This document shows, piece after piece, positions 26,782-37,495 of a stretch of 64,000 nucleotides of DNA. A program made the position numbers and the translations under genes. Origin of the DNA: Eledone cirrhosa (Eukaryota); contig OZ024743.1 of NCBI GenBank assembly GCA_964016885.1, positions 148,614,001-148,678,000 on the forward strand, written 5' to 3'. Under the pieces are notes generated by a model. It ran no database searches. It was not told the DNA's origin and saw nothing but the letters and a program-made list of their open reading frames with translations. Within the stretch, counting starts at the first letter, position 1. Each line of letters opens with the position of its first letter.

Positions 26782-27790
26782 CTGTAGTATAGATTCGGTA
26801 GAAATATCCAAGGGAAAGAGCTCTCTGTTAAGTATAATTTGTTACAACAGTGACATATAGAGTTTCGTTGGGTTATACACCCCAACTCATTCAGCCTATT
26901 ATATTTTTTTTTAAATGGCTACTCCCATGGTTGATTGGAAGTTTTTAGAAAGAATGCAAGAGCTCTTCAAGGGCAGGTAATTTCGAATGTAGCTATAAAT
27001 AAACACAATTTTTAGATAGTGTACAGACTATCAAAAAATTCCATAGGCAGGGAACTTGTGCTAAGTTAGTAATACAAAGTAATCAAATTCCCTGAAATTC
27101 AAATTAGTTAATAATTCAAAGAAATTAAATTCCTTGAAATTATATTTAGTTAGTCTGTACTATACCATTTTCTCAGAATTAATTTCACTTAGTGTGGACA
27201 GGAACTAATGCAGTCTAGGCAGTTATTTAAGTAATGTTTCTCTGAATCCAGTTGTGAGAGTATATTCCACTTTTTCAAGTTCCACAGCTGGCAAAATTTG
27301 ATCCCATTAACACAGGGGTAGATTTTTCTAAAATATTCCATTTAATGGAAAAGGTGTGCCGTTATTTGTAAGGTTTTACACATGGTTTGCGAGCTGGGTG
27401 GCATGTTTTTTGTCAGGATGTCTGAAGGTTCTTTCATGGTTCAGGTACCAGCTTTTGAACCAGCTGTCGGACATTCCAACTTAAGTCCTGACTTCAGTTT
27501 GGTGGAGGTCACTTCTGCTAGATATATCATCACTGAAGTGTTGCACTGTTGATCTAGTGGGCATGACTCTGGCCTTCTTCATGAGCATCCATAAGGTTTG
27601 TCGATGATGTGGGCGTTAATGTTCTTGGTACACGAGTAGCCTATTTTCACGTATGACAATTGGATATCTTTCCATATTTATAGCCAACGGGGAGGTGAAG
27701 ATCTAGGAGGACTAGGAATGTTCTGCCTACATTGGTCTTCACATTAAGTGTGAAAGGTGGTGTGAACCACATGACGTCTTTATGCCTAAG
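26782..27790 (-). mobile_element. Decayed Hydra-like PLE 3' fragment (linker + GIY-YIG + pLTR)
   Basis: Minus-strand translation with frameshifts: 'DVMWFTPPFTLNVKTNVGRTFLVLLDLHLP...KIGYSCTKNI...GCS*RRPESCPLDQQCN..MIYLAEV...VGMSDSWFKSWYLNHERTFRHPD...IKWNILEK...KFCQLWNL...CPH'. Confidence 0.8.
26846..26900 (-). ncRNA. Hammerhead-like motif (core CUGAAUGA, one extra nt) in the PLE pLTR
   Basis: AAUAGG-CUGAAUGA-GUUGGG(GUGUAUAA)CCCAAC-GAAA-CUCUAUAUG-UC-ACUGUU: perfect 6-bp stem II; stems I and III imperfect. Confidence 0.55.
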
Positions 27791-28264
27791 TTTTTTTCTT
27801 TCTTTAACGGCATGATTATCAATTTCATGATAGTTGCAGATTTTTCTAGTTTACTTAACACTAATCACCCCTTTGTTGAGAATATATTACTTGTACAAGG
27901 GTGTTCTCATTTGCATATCAGCAAAAGATTGATAACCGATATGAAATTCTGCGTACACCAACACAGCATGGAAATTGAAAATGTTATTTCTCCACAGCAT
28001 ATTGAAAATTAATATATAGTCATACTGTAAAATGAAACATAAGCAATCTACCCAGAGTTTGACACCTAAACTGTTCTGTCAAGAATATGGATTATATTTC
28101 TCTTAATTCAATTTTACAAGAAAACAATAACAACATATGATTTAAACATATAAATATACATTGATATATAAATGTTTCAGGTTCCATGCTGTGTTGTTGG
28201 TGTATTGAAAAATCATGTATGTGTGTGCATATATTTATATATACATAGAATTATGTGTGTTTGT

Positions 28265-28640
28265 AGCAGCAAGACATAGGCCTTGAATGCAGATCTACAA
28301 AGCCTGGAATGAAATGAGACTAATATGCTCCAGTGGATATGTTATGCTAGTGCGTATGAGCATCACAGCATAGGTGAACTGAGAGAAATAGGCATAAATC
28401 CTATTGAATGTTCAACGGAGGTGCCAGCATTGTTTTGGATATATGATGCATACAGATGAAAATTGTATACAAAAGTGCAGAAAAATCTAAATGGATGGGA
28501 CTTGTGTAAATGGTAGACTTAGTGAGATATAGTATGAAGTAGGAAAACCTGATTATAAGAAGCTGAAACTCACACAAGAATTAATAAAGGACCAAGTGGA
28601 ATGGTGACATACTGCACTGGAGAAGACCCACTTACCAGCA
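28265..28640 (+). mobile_element. Old RTE LINE C-terminal fragment
   Basis: 'LQSLE*NETNMLQWICYASAYEHHSIGELRE' resembles the C-terminus of the RTE copies in this window. Confidence 0.5.
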
Positions 28641-29368
28641 TAAAGATGTGACTTGATGTATTCATAGGCCTGTCGCATCTCCAACATTGTGCCATAATAT
28701 CTATTCTCACCATCATTGTACTACCCAACACACCAAACAGAGATTCAGGACCAACTCTACTACATTTAAATCCTAAAGCACCAATCATGACCCCTAAATA
28801 GCTGTTCTACATCATCACTGCACTCATCCCCTCCCTCTCATCATGTTAAAAAATCTCACCATATCTTACATAGATTTTTGAAGCACTTTTTCACACCTAC
28901 CCACTAACTCACATTTATACACCCATAAGAGTATATTTGTTATCCCCCACCCATTATATCTTACCCATGCTTACTATACCACTCCATACTATACCACTTA
29001 CTTAGTACATGCTTACTATACCACTCCATAGGGTAGGGAGAGCTCTTCACTCAAGTCAGTGCCCCACATCATCCCTAGTGCTGGTGGCATAATAAAACAT
29101 AACTTGAAAAATGATTGGTTTTAGGAAAGAGAGCCAGCCTAGAAACAATATCAAACAAGGAGTTGAGAGGACTTATCAGTTGATCACAGTTTAATATACT
29201 TGTATGGTTATTATACATAAACATACTGCATATGCCATCATGTACACCTCTTTTATGAACCACGCTATGTTAGCGCTACCGCTAATTAATCCTAACTGAT
29301 CAAAGTCACATTATATGAAAATGAATATCTTTAAAACAAGGTAAGTTCATTTCAAATTATATATGACT

Positions 29369-29446
<78 letters not shown>

Positions 29447-29494
29447 GACGTAAAATAAGAAAATTATAAAAATTAACTTACTTACTAACATTTC

Positions 29495-29577
29495 ACCCCA
29501 ACTAATTAGTTTCTGAAAGGGAATAAACATGGTTTCCAAATTGAAAGCATGGAGAAGCCGTTTCGTCATCAGGAAGT
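29495..29577 (-). ncRNA. Type I hammerhead motif with extended stem II
   Basis: ACUUC-CUGAUGA-C-[GAAACGG...CCCUUUC]-A-GAAA-CUAAUUAG-UU-GGGGU; palindromic stem III (CUAAUUAG); stem I contains two G.U pairs. Confidence 0.6.
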
Positions 29578-30013
29578 CTGTTCTCAGCTAAGTTACCAAG
29601 CGATGCGTGGACACAGGGAAATTATACAAAAATAATTCAGTCGATGGAAAAAAGCAAGCGTGGACTAAATTCCAAGACATTGAAAAAATCACTGCCTACT
29701 TGGTCGGTGGCAAATTCAAAAGAATCAATCACGTGACATCGAGGTTAATCAGTGAGGAGTGGGGTGTTAAAAAGACAGTAGCCGAGCCATTACTATGAAC
29801 TATAGTAGCAGTTTTGGCAAATGTTTGCTCAACGATATAATTTGGAGATAATTATAAAGAATTAGTATATCTACCAACATATATATACTGACTAGCAAAT
29901 ATATAGGTTTTGTCTTAGTAACTTTGTGGTTCAATGCAAGGGGATGCAGAACAATTATATGAAAGACGTAAAATAAGAAAATTATAAAAATTAACTTACT
30001 TACTAAAATTTCA

Positions 30014-30090
30014 TTCCAACTAATTAGTTTCTGAACGGGAATAAACATGGTTTCCAAATGTAAAGCACGGAGAAGCCGTTTCGTCATCAG
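30014..30090 (-). ncRNA. Second hammerhead copy, truncated exactly at the C of CUGAUGA (no 5' strand of stem I)
   Basis: CUGAUGA-C-GAAACGG...CCGUUC-A-GAAA-CUAAUUAG-UU-GGAA; similarity to the first copy stops at 30090. Confidence 0.55.
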
Positions 30091-30156
30091 ATATACTAAA
30101 TATACTAATTCTTTAAATATATATATATAGATATAGATATATATACATATATATAT

Positions 30157-31207
30157 GGTTGTTTTGAAGGCACAGTAACCGGAGCAAGAACAGTATGTAG
30201 TAAGTTCAAGGCGCTACTACCGCTGCTAACTACAAAAGATTTTTCCCTCAAACGGAAGGGAAGACTGGATGATCCATGTATACGAAGAACAATGTTTGCA
30301 TGGCAGTGAGAAAAATGTGTCTATCAATGCGACTTCTAATTACTAATTTCCCTGTACATCTACTGCATACGTATTTATCCCTACCTGTTAGTTTGCCTGC
30401 TATCCCACTACATCTCTTGTGTACCCAGGATCTGCATTGTGTACATTTTATAGAATTTATGCCAGTTCCTTTTCTGCATATCGAACATGGCCATTTCCCT
30501 GACGGAATCAGAGTTTTGTCCTCTTTTCTACTCATGAACACTTTTGTCTTAGCTAGGTTCACTCTCAGTCCTCTTGCTTCCAACTGCTGTTTCCATATCC
30601 AGAATTTATTCTCTAGCTCCTCTACTTATTCTGCTATAAGAACCAGATCGTCAGCATAGAGAAGTTCCCATGGACAGCCAGTCTTAAACTCCTGTTATGG
30701 CTTGGATGACTATAATGAACAAGAGCGGGCTGAGGACCGAACCCTGATGTACTCCTACTTGTATCTGGAATTTTTCACTAAACTCCATTCCATCCTGACT
30801 TTACTAAGAGCACCTCTGTACAAAGTTTGCACTGTCCTCACAAGCCATTCCTCAACACCTAGTTCACTTAGGGACCACCAGATAAAAGATCGGGGTACCC
30901 TATCAAAGGCCTTCTATAGGTCAACAAAGGCTAAGTATAGTGGCTTATTCTTCTCTAAGAACCTCTCTTGTAATTGTCTAACCAAGAAGAGGGTATCTGT
31001 TTTACTTTTCCCAGGCACAAAACCAAACTGCATCTCATCTAGTTTGACCCTTTCTCTAATTAGTTGTGCTAATATCCTTTCTGCCACTTTCATAACTTGA
31101 TCCATCAGTTTTATACCCCTATATATGCCCCTCTTCAGAGCATCCCCTTTACATTTGTAGCAATTTATGAGAATACTGCTGCACCAGTCTTTGGGCATGA
31201 CACCATC
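30157..31207 (-). mobile_element. RTE LINE internal fragment (minus, ~30320-31207) with an inverted distal piece (plus, 30157-~30315)
   Basis: Minus ORFs 'MPKDWCSSILINCYKCKGD', 'GVHQGSVLSPLLF', 'KWPCSICRKG'; the plus piece translates 'GCFEGTVTGART..SKFKALLPLLTTKDFSLKRKGRL', the region that follows the Cys cluster in 34704..35222. Confidence 0.85.
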
Positions 31208-31251
31208 ACATATAGCCTGATTGATATATATATGTATTGATATATATATAT

Positions 31252-31293
<42 letters not shown>

Positions 31294-31507
31294 TTTCTGA
31301 ATTTGTTTAGCAAGATTCTTTATCTGAAATCGTGTGTTTAAACCGATATTGTTATACTTTGGGAGGGTCATGTTGCCAATAAGAAACACACGCACCAGTT
31401 GCTTTCACTTCAATTTATTATATATTTATAAATTTATAAATTTACAAATCTACAAACTTATAAATTTCTGGTTGGTTGGTTCCACAACCAGATAGTTGTT
31501 TATATAT

Positions 31508-31552
31508 AGTCATAGTCCTTTCGTCACACACTCTGTGACCTCTTCAGTGACT
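31508..31552 (-). ncRNA. Minimal type I hammerhead ribozyme (pLTR copy)
   Basis: AGUCA-CUGAAGA-G-GUCACA(GAGUG)UGUGAC-GAAA-GGAC-UA-UGACU: 5-bp stem I, 6-bp stem II. Confidence 0.85.
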
Positions 31553-31764
31553 GGGGATTCCTTTCTTTGTTTCTGTGCCTTTCCTTTCTTCTGTCCTACG
31601 CCATTTTGTTTCTGTGTGTGTGTTGTGTGCTCAGTTTGCGCATGCGCCACATCCGGGTGTCTGTGTGTGTTTGTGTTCATTTATCTATTTGTTTATTTGT
31701 TTATTTATTTATTTATTGTTGGTTGGTTGTTTGTTCTATGTGTGTGTGTGTTTTCATTTTGTCC

Positions 31765-32580
31765 TTAATTGTAAGTTGTGATGTTGCTGTTCCAATCATA
31801 TTTTCTATTTAATTTTGGTTGTAATTCTTTTATGCTTACTGCCTCTGTAATTTGCCTAAACATTGCATCTTTTCTGTGTGTGGATTCTATTTTTATTTCT
31901 ATGTTCTCTAATTTACCCCTGTGTTCTATCTTAGCATGTTGGTAGAGCACACATGATTCTTTATTATCTTGAAGGTCTCGCCAGTGTTCATTTATTCGTT
32001 CCCCTATACTACGAGCTGTCTCACCTATGTACACTATATTTTTGTTTCTACATTGTCCTTCAGTACATCTTATGCTATACACTACATTTCTAGTTTTACA
32101 GTTAATATGGGGGCTTATTTTACAGGTTATACATTTCTTATCTATACATGAGGGTCTTTGGAACGGGTATGTCTTGCTAATAAGTGTTTTTACGGAGGTA
32201 CCTGGTCTTTCTACTATCTTAATATTGAGTTTATGTTTATTTAGGGCCCTTCTAAATTTGTAGGCTAGTTCGCCTCTAGGGGTTGTATTGATGAACATTA
32301 CACTCTGGTATTTATTGCTATCATACCATGAGTTTATTCTGTTGGCCTTGTTCCTAGTTCTTTCTATTCTATTCCAAAATTTGCTCCTATACAAGGGGCA
32401 GGTCCCATTTATGTCATTATTTACCATTTTTTCCCATTTGGTTCTGGCTCCTCTATACACCCTGATTCTATCTCTCTGATTGTAGCCAGAGAACTGCATG
32501 TGGTGGATGAAGTGTTGTATGTGTCTCTCTAGTTCTTCGGGGTTGCACATGCGGGACACATTTCTCATCACCCGTACCAA
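31765..32580 (-). CDS. PLE polyprotein C-terminal part (RT thumb, Cys-rich linker, GIY-YIG endonuclease); 5'-truncated
   Basis: 'SGY...PLYR...TPRGEL...KIVERPG..CIDKKCITC...CKTRNVVYSIRC...YIGETARSIGERINEH...HAKIEH...RQITEAVSI...LNRKYDW'. Confidence 0.85.
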   Translation of the reverse strand: MVRVMRNVSRMCNPEELERHIQHFIHHMQFSGYNQRDRIRVYRGARTKWEKMVNNDINGTCPLYRSKFWNRIERTRNKANRINSWYDSNKYQSVMFINTTPRGELAYKFRRALNKHKLNIKIVERPGTSVKTLISKTYPFQRPSCIDKKCITCKISPHINCKTRNVVYSIRCTEGQCRNKNIVYIGETARSIGERINEHWRDLQDNKESCVLYQHAKIEHRGKLENIEIKIESTHRKDAMFRQITEAVSIKELQPKLNRKYDWNSNITTYN

Positions 32581-32590
32581 ACCCGCAATC

Positions 32591-32635
32591 AGTCACTGAA
32601 GAGGTCACAGAGTGTGTGACGAAAGGACTATGACT
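32591..32635 (+). ncRNA. Minimal type I hammerhead ribozyme (inverted pLTR copy)
   Basis: Identical to 31508-31552 in the opposite orientation. Confidence 0.85.
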
Positions 32636-32793
32636 ATATATAAACAACTATCTGGTTGTGGAACCAACCAACCAACCAGAAATTTATAAGTTTGTAGATT
32701 TGTAAATTTATAAATTTATAAATATATAATAAATTGAAGTGAAAGCAACTGGTGCGTGTGTTTCTTATTGGCAACATGACCCTCCCAAAGTAT

Positions 32794-32936
<143 letters not shown>

Positions 32937-32991
32937 TATAAAATAAAATAAAATAAATAAGTCAAATGTTTAAAATTTAGCTTCGTTTATT

Positions 32992-33046
32992 ACTGCTATA
33001 TATATTTCGGTGACAGCCATCTTTGGCTGTGACCTCTTCAGGCAGT
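32992..33046 (-). ncRNA. Type I hammerhead ribozyme within a ~257-bp insert (32941-33197) bounded by (TA)n
   Basis: ACUGC-CUGAAGA-GGU-C-ACAGCCA(AAGA)UGGCUGU-C-ACC-GAAA-UAUAUA-UA-GCAGU: canonical core, 5-bp stem I, 10-bp stem II with one C.C mismatch, palindromic stem III. Confidence 0.85.
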
Positions 33047-33194
33047 CCGAATTAGTGTGGTATAGACAAATACATATGTTGTTGAGGTGTATAACTTTGT
33101 CAATACTCTGATATGCCCAGTTCCTGGTTGGGTTGTTATTTCACTGACGAAATGGAATCATATGGTGTTGGTATACAACCAACATTTATGCAAA

Positions 33195-33284
<90 letters not shown>

Positions 33285-33379
33285 GCATATATATATATAT
33301 ATATACATACATATATATATATACATACATACATATATATATATACTTACACACATACAGACATAAATATATATATAAA

Positions 33380-35380
33380 GCAAACCTGCTGAAGGCGGCA
33401 GATGAAGTCTGTGGCTGGAGCAGGCCTTGCAGGAGGAGAGTAACGTGGTGGTGGAACAGTAAGGTGGAGGAGTCAATTAAGGCCAAAAATCGGGCTTGGA
33501 AAGTATGGCGGGATGGGGGAAGTAGAGAAGACTATCAAGTGGCCAGGAGGGAAGCTAGGAGACAAGTGTACTTCGCAAGAAGAGAAGCAGGGGAAAGAAA
33601 GTTAAAGCATGTTCTACAACGCGAGGACCAAAAACGTGAGGTGTTCAGGATTGCTAGGCAATGTGTCAAGGGAAACCGTGATATTGTCGGGGAGAAGTGT
33701 GTACTTAATGATGATGGCGTACTTGCCATCACTCACGCTGATAAGAAGGTAGCTTGGAAGTGTCACTACGAAAGGCTACTAAATGAGGAGAATAAATGGG
33801 AGAAAGACAGTTTCACCTCCACATCGATCCAATAGAGGGACCAGCAGTGCTAGTTGAAGATAGTATAATAAGTAAGGCAATCAAAGATATGAAGACGGGT
33901 AAGGCGGCTGGGCCTTCAGAAATAGTTGCTGAAATGCTGAAAGCATCTGGAACGGTGGGACACACTATGGTCACCCGGTTAGTAAACCAATTCATACAGA
34001 ATGGGGTCGTTCCGAAGGACTGGCGTAGCAGCATCATTATTAAATGCTACAAGGGTAAACTATAGAGGCATTAGATTAATCGACCAGGTCATGAACGTCA
34101 CAGCGAAAGTAATAGCGCAACTAATCAGAGAGCGAATTTATTTAGATGAAATGCAGTTCAGGTTTGTGTCAGGTAAAAGTACCATAGACGCTCTTTTCAT
34201 TGTACGCCAACTACAGGAAAGTACATGGCTAAAAGTAAACCCCTATATTTACCTTTTGTTGACTTGGAGAAAGCCTTTGACAGAGTCCTTCGCTCCATTA
34301 TCTGGTGGGCTCTTAGAAAACTAGGTGTTGATGAATGGCTTGTGAGAGCTATACAAGCCATGTATAAAGAAACAGTAAGCAAGGTTAGAATTAACAATGA
34401 ATATAGTGAAAAGTTTAGCGTAAAAGTTGGTGTTCATCAGGGCTCCGTTCTTAGCCACCTACTATTTATAATTGCCCTTCAGGCTATAACAGAGGAGTTC
34501 AAGACTGGCTGCCCATGGGAACTCCTATACGCAGATGATCTACGCTCATAGCTGAATCAATGGCCGAACTAGAGAAGAAATTCCAAACATGGAAGCATGG
34601 CCTAGAATCATAAGGCCTTAAAATTAACCTGTCTAAGACTAAAGTTCTAGTTTGTAGGAAGGATAATAGAGCACCGGTCCCATCCGGGAAATGGCCATGC
34701 TCAGTGTGTAGGAAAGGAGTAGGCAGAAACTACATTTTATGTCCCAAATGCAAAGTATGGGTGCATAAAAGATGTAGTGGGATCACAGGTAAGCTAACTA
34801 AGAATATAGATTTTATATGTGGCCTGTGCTCTTGTGCAATAAGTAGCAGCAAGTACCCACAGAATATTAGCTCATTCCATTGCACAGATGGTTCTATAGA
34901 AATAATGGACACCTTCCGTTACCTGGGTGACAAAATCAGCAGTGGTGGAGGGTGCTCTGAAAGTACAGTAGCTAGAGTCAGAACGGGATGGAAAAAGTTC
35001 AGAGAGCTTATACCACTATTGGCCGCTAAAGGGTTCTCTCTAAAAATGAAAGGCAGGCTGTATGATGCCTGCATTCGAACAACAATGTTACATGTCAGTG
35101 AGACCTGGGCATTGTGTGCAGAGGATATACGCAGACTGGAGAGGAACGAAGATTGCTTGCTCCGCTGGATGTATAATAGTAATATACGTGAACGGCAAAG
35201 CATAAACGAACTAAGGGAGTAATTAGGAATAAGAGGGATCAGATGTTGTTTACTCGAGAGAAGACTACGTTGGTACGGTCACGTGATGCGCATGAAAGAC
35301 GACAGCTGTATAAAAAGTGCATGGCGATAAAAATAGACGGTAGCCACGGAGTAAGCAGACCCAGAAAAACCTGGGACGAC
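33380..35380 (+). mobile_element. RTE-clade LINE, 5'-truncated, frameshifted
   Basis: ORFs 33113.., 33796.., 34225.. and 34704.. give 'WWWNSKVEE', 'GKAAGPSEIVAEMLK', 'FVDLEKAFDRV', 'GVHQGSVLS', 'LYADDL', the Cys cluster, 'RLRWYGHV' and 'RPRKTWDD'. Confidence 0.9.
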
Positions 35381-35384
35381 TTGA

Positions 35385-35600
35385 TAAATTCATAGCACAT
35401 AGTATATCCCTTAGAATACCCCGCCTATCTTCGAACCTAGAAATTCTTAACGAGCACGCAAACTATTATAACATTGCTTTACATAAGTCTGGACACAAGG
35501 AGAAGCTGGCATACATACTAGATAGAGACAACAACAACAAACCTAATGACATCAACATACCCGCTCATACAGAAATAACAAGCATAGGGCTAAGCATAAA
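35385..35600 (+). mobile_element. Internal fragment of a Hydra-like PLE (RT thumb region)
   Basis: From 35401: 'SISLRIPRLSSNLEILNEHANYYNIALHKSGHKEKLAYI', colinear with 'SISLRISRLSSDSEIFSEHAEYYNNALRNADHRDTIEYI' in 16106..17365. Confidence 0.75.
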
Positions 35601-35607
35601 ATTAGAC

Positions 35608-36350
35608 AAACGTAGTCTATAGCATAAGATGTACAGAGGGTACTTGCAGAAACATGACAACAACATACATAGGTGAGACAGCTCGTAGCATAGGTGAAAG
35701 GATAGACCAACACTGGGGGGAACTAAAAGGACGAAAAAACGGGTCAGTACTATACGAACATGCTAGACAACAACATGACGGTAACATAGACAACATAGAA
35801 ATTAGAATAATATCTAAACATAGGAATGACCCAGCAGATAGGCAAATCAGAGAGGCCAGTGAAATAGAAATTAGAAGACCAAAGCTAAACAGAAAGAATG
35901 AGTGGAACAACAACAACACCCAAACAAACAACACTGACCTAAGAGAAGTATAAATAAGTAAATAAATAAAATAAAATAAAATAAGATAAATAAATACATA
36001 CACAAGCACAATAACAACAAGCACATAAACACACACTAGTCACCCGGCAGACACAACACTATACACACTAGTCACACAGCACACATAACACTATACACAC
36101 ACGCAAACGCATGCGCAAAGAAGACAAAATAAAATAAACAAACAAGCAAATAAATAAATAAATATATAGACAGACTGAATAAAAAAATGGCGTAGACATA
36201 CAACACAACAGGAGGAAAAAATATAACACCACTGACGATGTTGCAGATGTACAACGAAAGATTTATGTAAATTATGTAAACTATATATATGTGTTTGTGT
36301 CTATATTGTATCTGTATTATTTTTGACCGTCGGTCAGTCAATGGCAACAT
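35608..36350 (+). mobile_element. Nematis-like PLE 3' fragment (GIY-YIG + pLTR)
   Basis: 'NVVYSIRCTEGTCRNMTTTYIGETARSIGERIDQH...RQIREASEI...LNRKNEW', a close paralogue of 31765..32580; shares the 3' UTR motif 'gcatgcgcaaa'. Confidence 0.85.
36228..36268 (+). ncRNA. Minimal hammerhead motif, stem I eroded
   Basis: ACCA-CUGACGA-U-GUUG(CAGAUGUA)CAAC-GAAA-GAUU-UA-UGU; occupies the equivalent position to the HHR of the paralogous PLE. Confidence 0.6.
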
Positions 36351-36449
36351 TGAGGACCGAGTAAGTTAGATTGCAGATGTAAAAGACAGCGAGAAGCGAA
36401 AACCAACCAAACAGTGAAGAAATGAGATGGTAGGGACTGAGGTCCATAT

Positions 36450-36625
36450 CATTCCACTGCAAAGTGGTCGTGGAGGTGCCACGGCAAAAAAGCACCCAGT
36501 ACTCACTGTAAATGAGGTTGGTGTTAGGAAGGGCATCCAGCTGTAGAAATCAAGCCAGAATCAGTTCCCGTCCCACCCTTGCAAGCAGGGAAAAGCGGAC
36601 GTAAAATGATGATGATGATGATGAT

Positions 36626-36627
<2 letters not shown>
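36450..36627 (+). mobile_element. RTE 3' UTR/tail ending in (ATG)n
   Basis: 'ccactgcaaagtggtcgtggagg...gttaggaagggcatccagctgtagaaa...ggacgtaaaatgatgatg', closely similar to the tail at 39666-39934. Confidence 0.8.
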
Positions 36628-36713
<86 letters not shown>

Positions 36714-36723
<10 letters not shown>

Positions 36724-37117
36724 TAAACGGAATAGAAAATGCTGACAAATTGTTCACAGTTGAAAAATGGTTTAATTAGGAATAAAAGAGTATTAGTGAT
36801 TGTATGGGTTAGTATTCAGTTGTGGTTTTAAGTTTTTAAGTTTTTACCGGTTGCGCATTTCTAAATGCTTTTCAAAAATAATTTTGAGATAGAGTGTCCG
36901 TGCTGTTTGCTCTGATCAGAGCAAACAGCACGGACACTCTATCTCAAAATTATTTTTGAAAAGCATTTAGAAATGCGCAACCGGTAAAAACTTAAAAACT
37001 TAAAACCACAACTGAATACTAACCCATACAATCACTAATACTCTTTTATTCCTAATTAAACCATTTTTCAACTGTGAACAATTTGTCAGCATTTTCTATT
37101 CCGTTTACCAATATATA
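36714..37117. repeat. Perfect 404-bp spacerless palindrome
   Basis: Arms checked base by base; centre between 36915 and 36916 (tctga|tcaga); no mismatches. Confidence 0.95.
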
Positions 37118-37310
37118 ATAACTTGTGTGTTACACCTCTATTCTTTTAACTATATATATATATATATATATATTAGAAAGTGAGGTTTTTTTTACAAAAT
37201 GAAAAATAACCGAGGTGTCCTACACGAGTGAAAGTATAAGGAAAAAAAGGTGAAATCGAAAATGCAACTGGAGTCTTATTTTAAAAAAAATATATATATT
37301 TATTTGCTTC

Positions 37311-37346
37311 CTTTACCAGTTTCGCAGTTCCTCTGCTTTTCAAAAG
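37311..37346 (-). ncRNA. Decayed hammerhead motif in a short insert between (TA)n tracts
   Basis: CUU-UUGAAAA-GCAG(AGGAA)CUGC-GAAA-CUGG-UA-AAG: all three stems present, first core box has two substitutions relative to CUGANGA. Confidence 0.4.
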
Positions 37347-37435
37347 TAGAGTTGAGATGGAGGGTCTGTCGTTTTTCTCACATCTATTTTCATATATATA
37401 TATATATATATATATGGAGGCACATGGTTTAGTGG

Positions 37436-37495
<60 letters not shown>

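Larger units (their letters stand above)
29441..30090 (-). mobile_element. Non-coding partial-tandem (~1.25-mer) HHR element, retrozyme/non-autonomous PLE-like
   Basis: Direct repeat 29441-29572 vs ~29958-30090, each holding an HHR core; predicted cleavage sites 518 nt apart; no recognisable protein; (TA)n on both sides. Confidence 0.65.

Noticed and set aside
26900-26990. SECIS candidate downstream of the decayed Hydra-like PLE
   Set aside because: A weak hairpin is present but the AUGA/GA quartet and AA spacing do not fit; needs SECISearch on a consensus.
37416-37440. tRNA-like start 'ggaggcacatggtttagtggtta'
   Set aside because: Only a SINE head/A-box remnant; no cloverleaf. No true tRNA or rRNA genes were seen.
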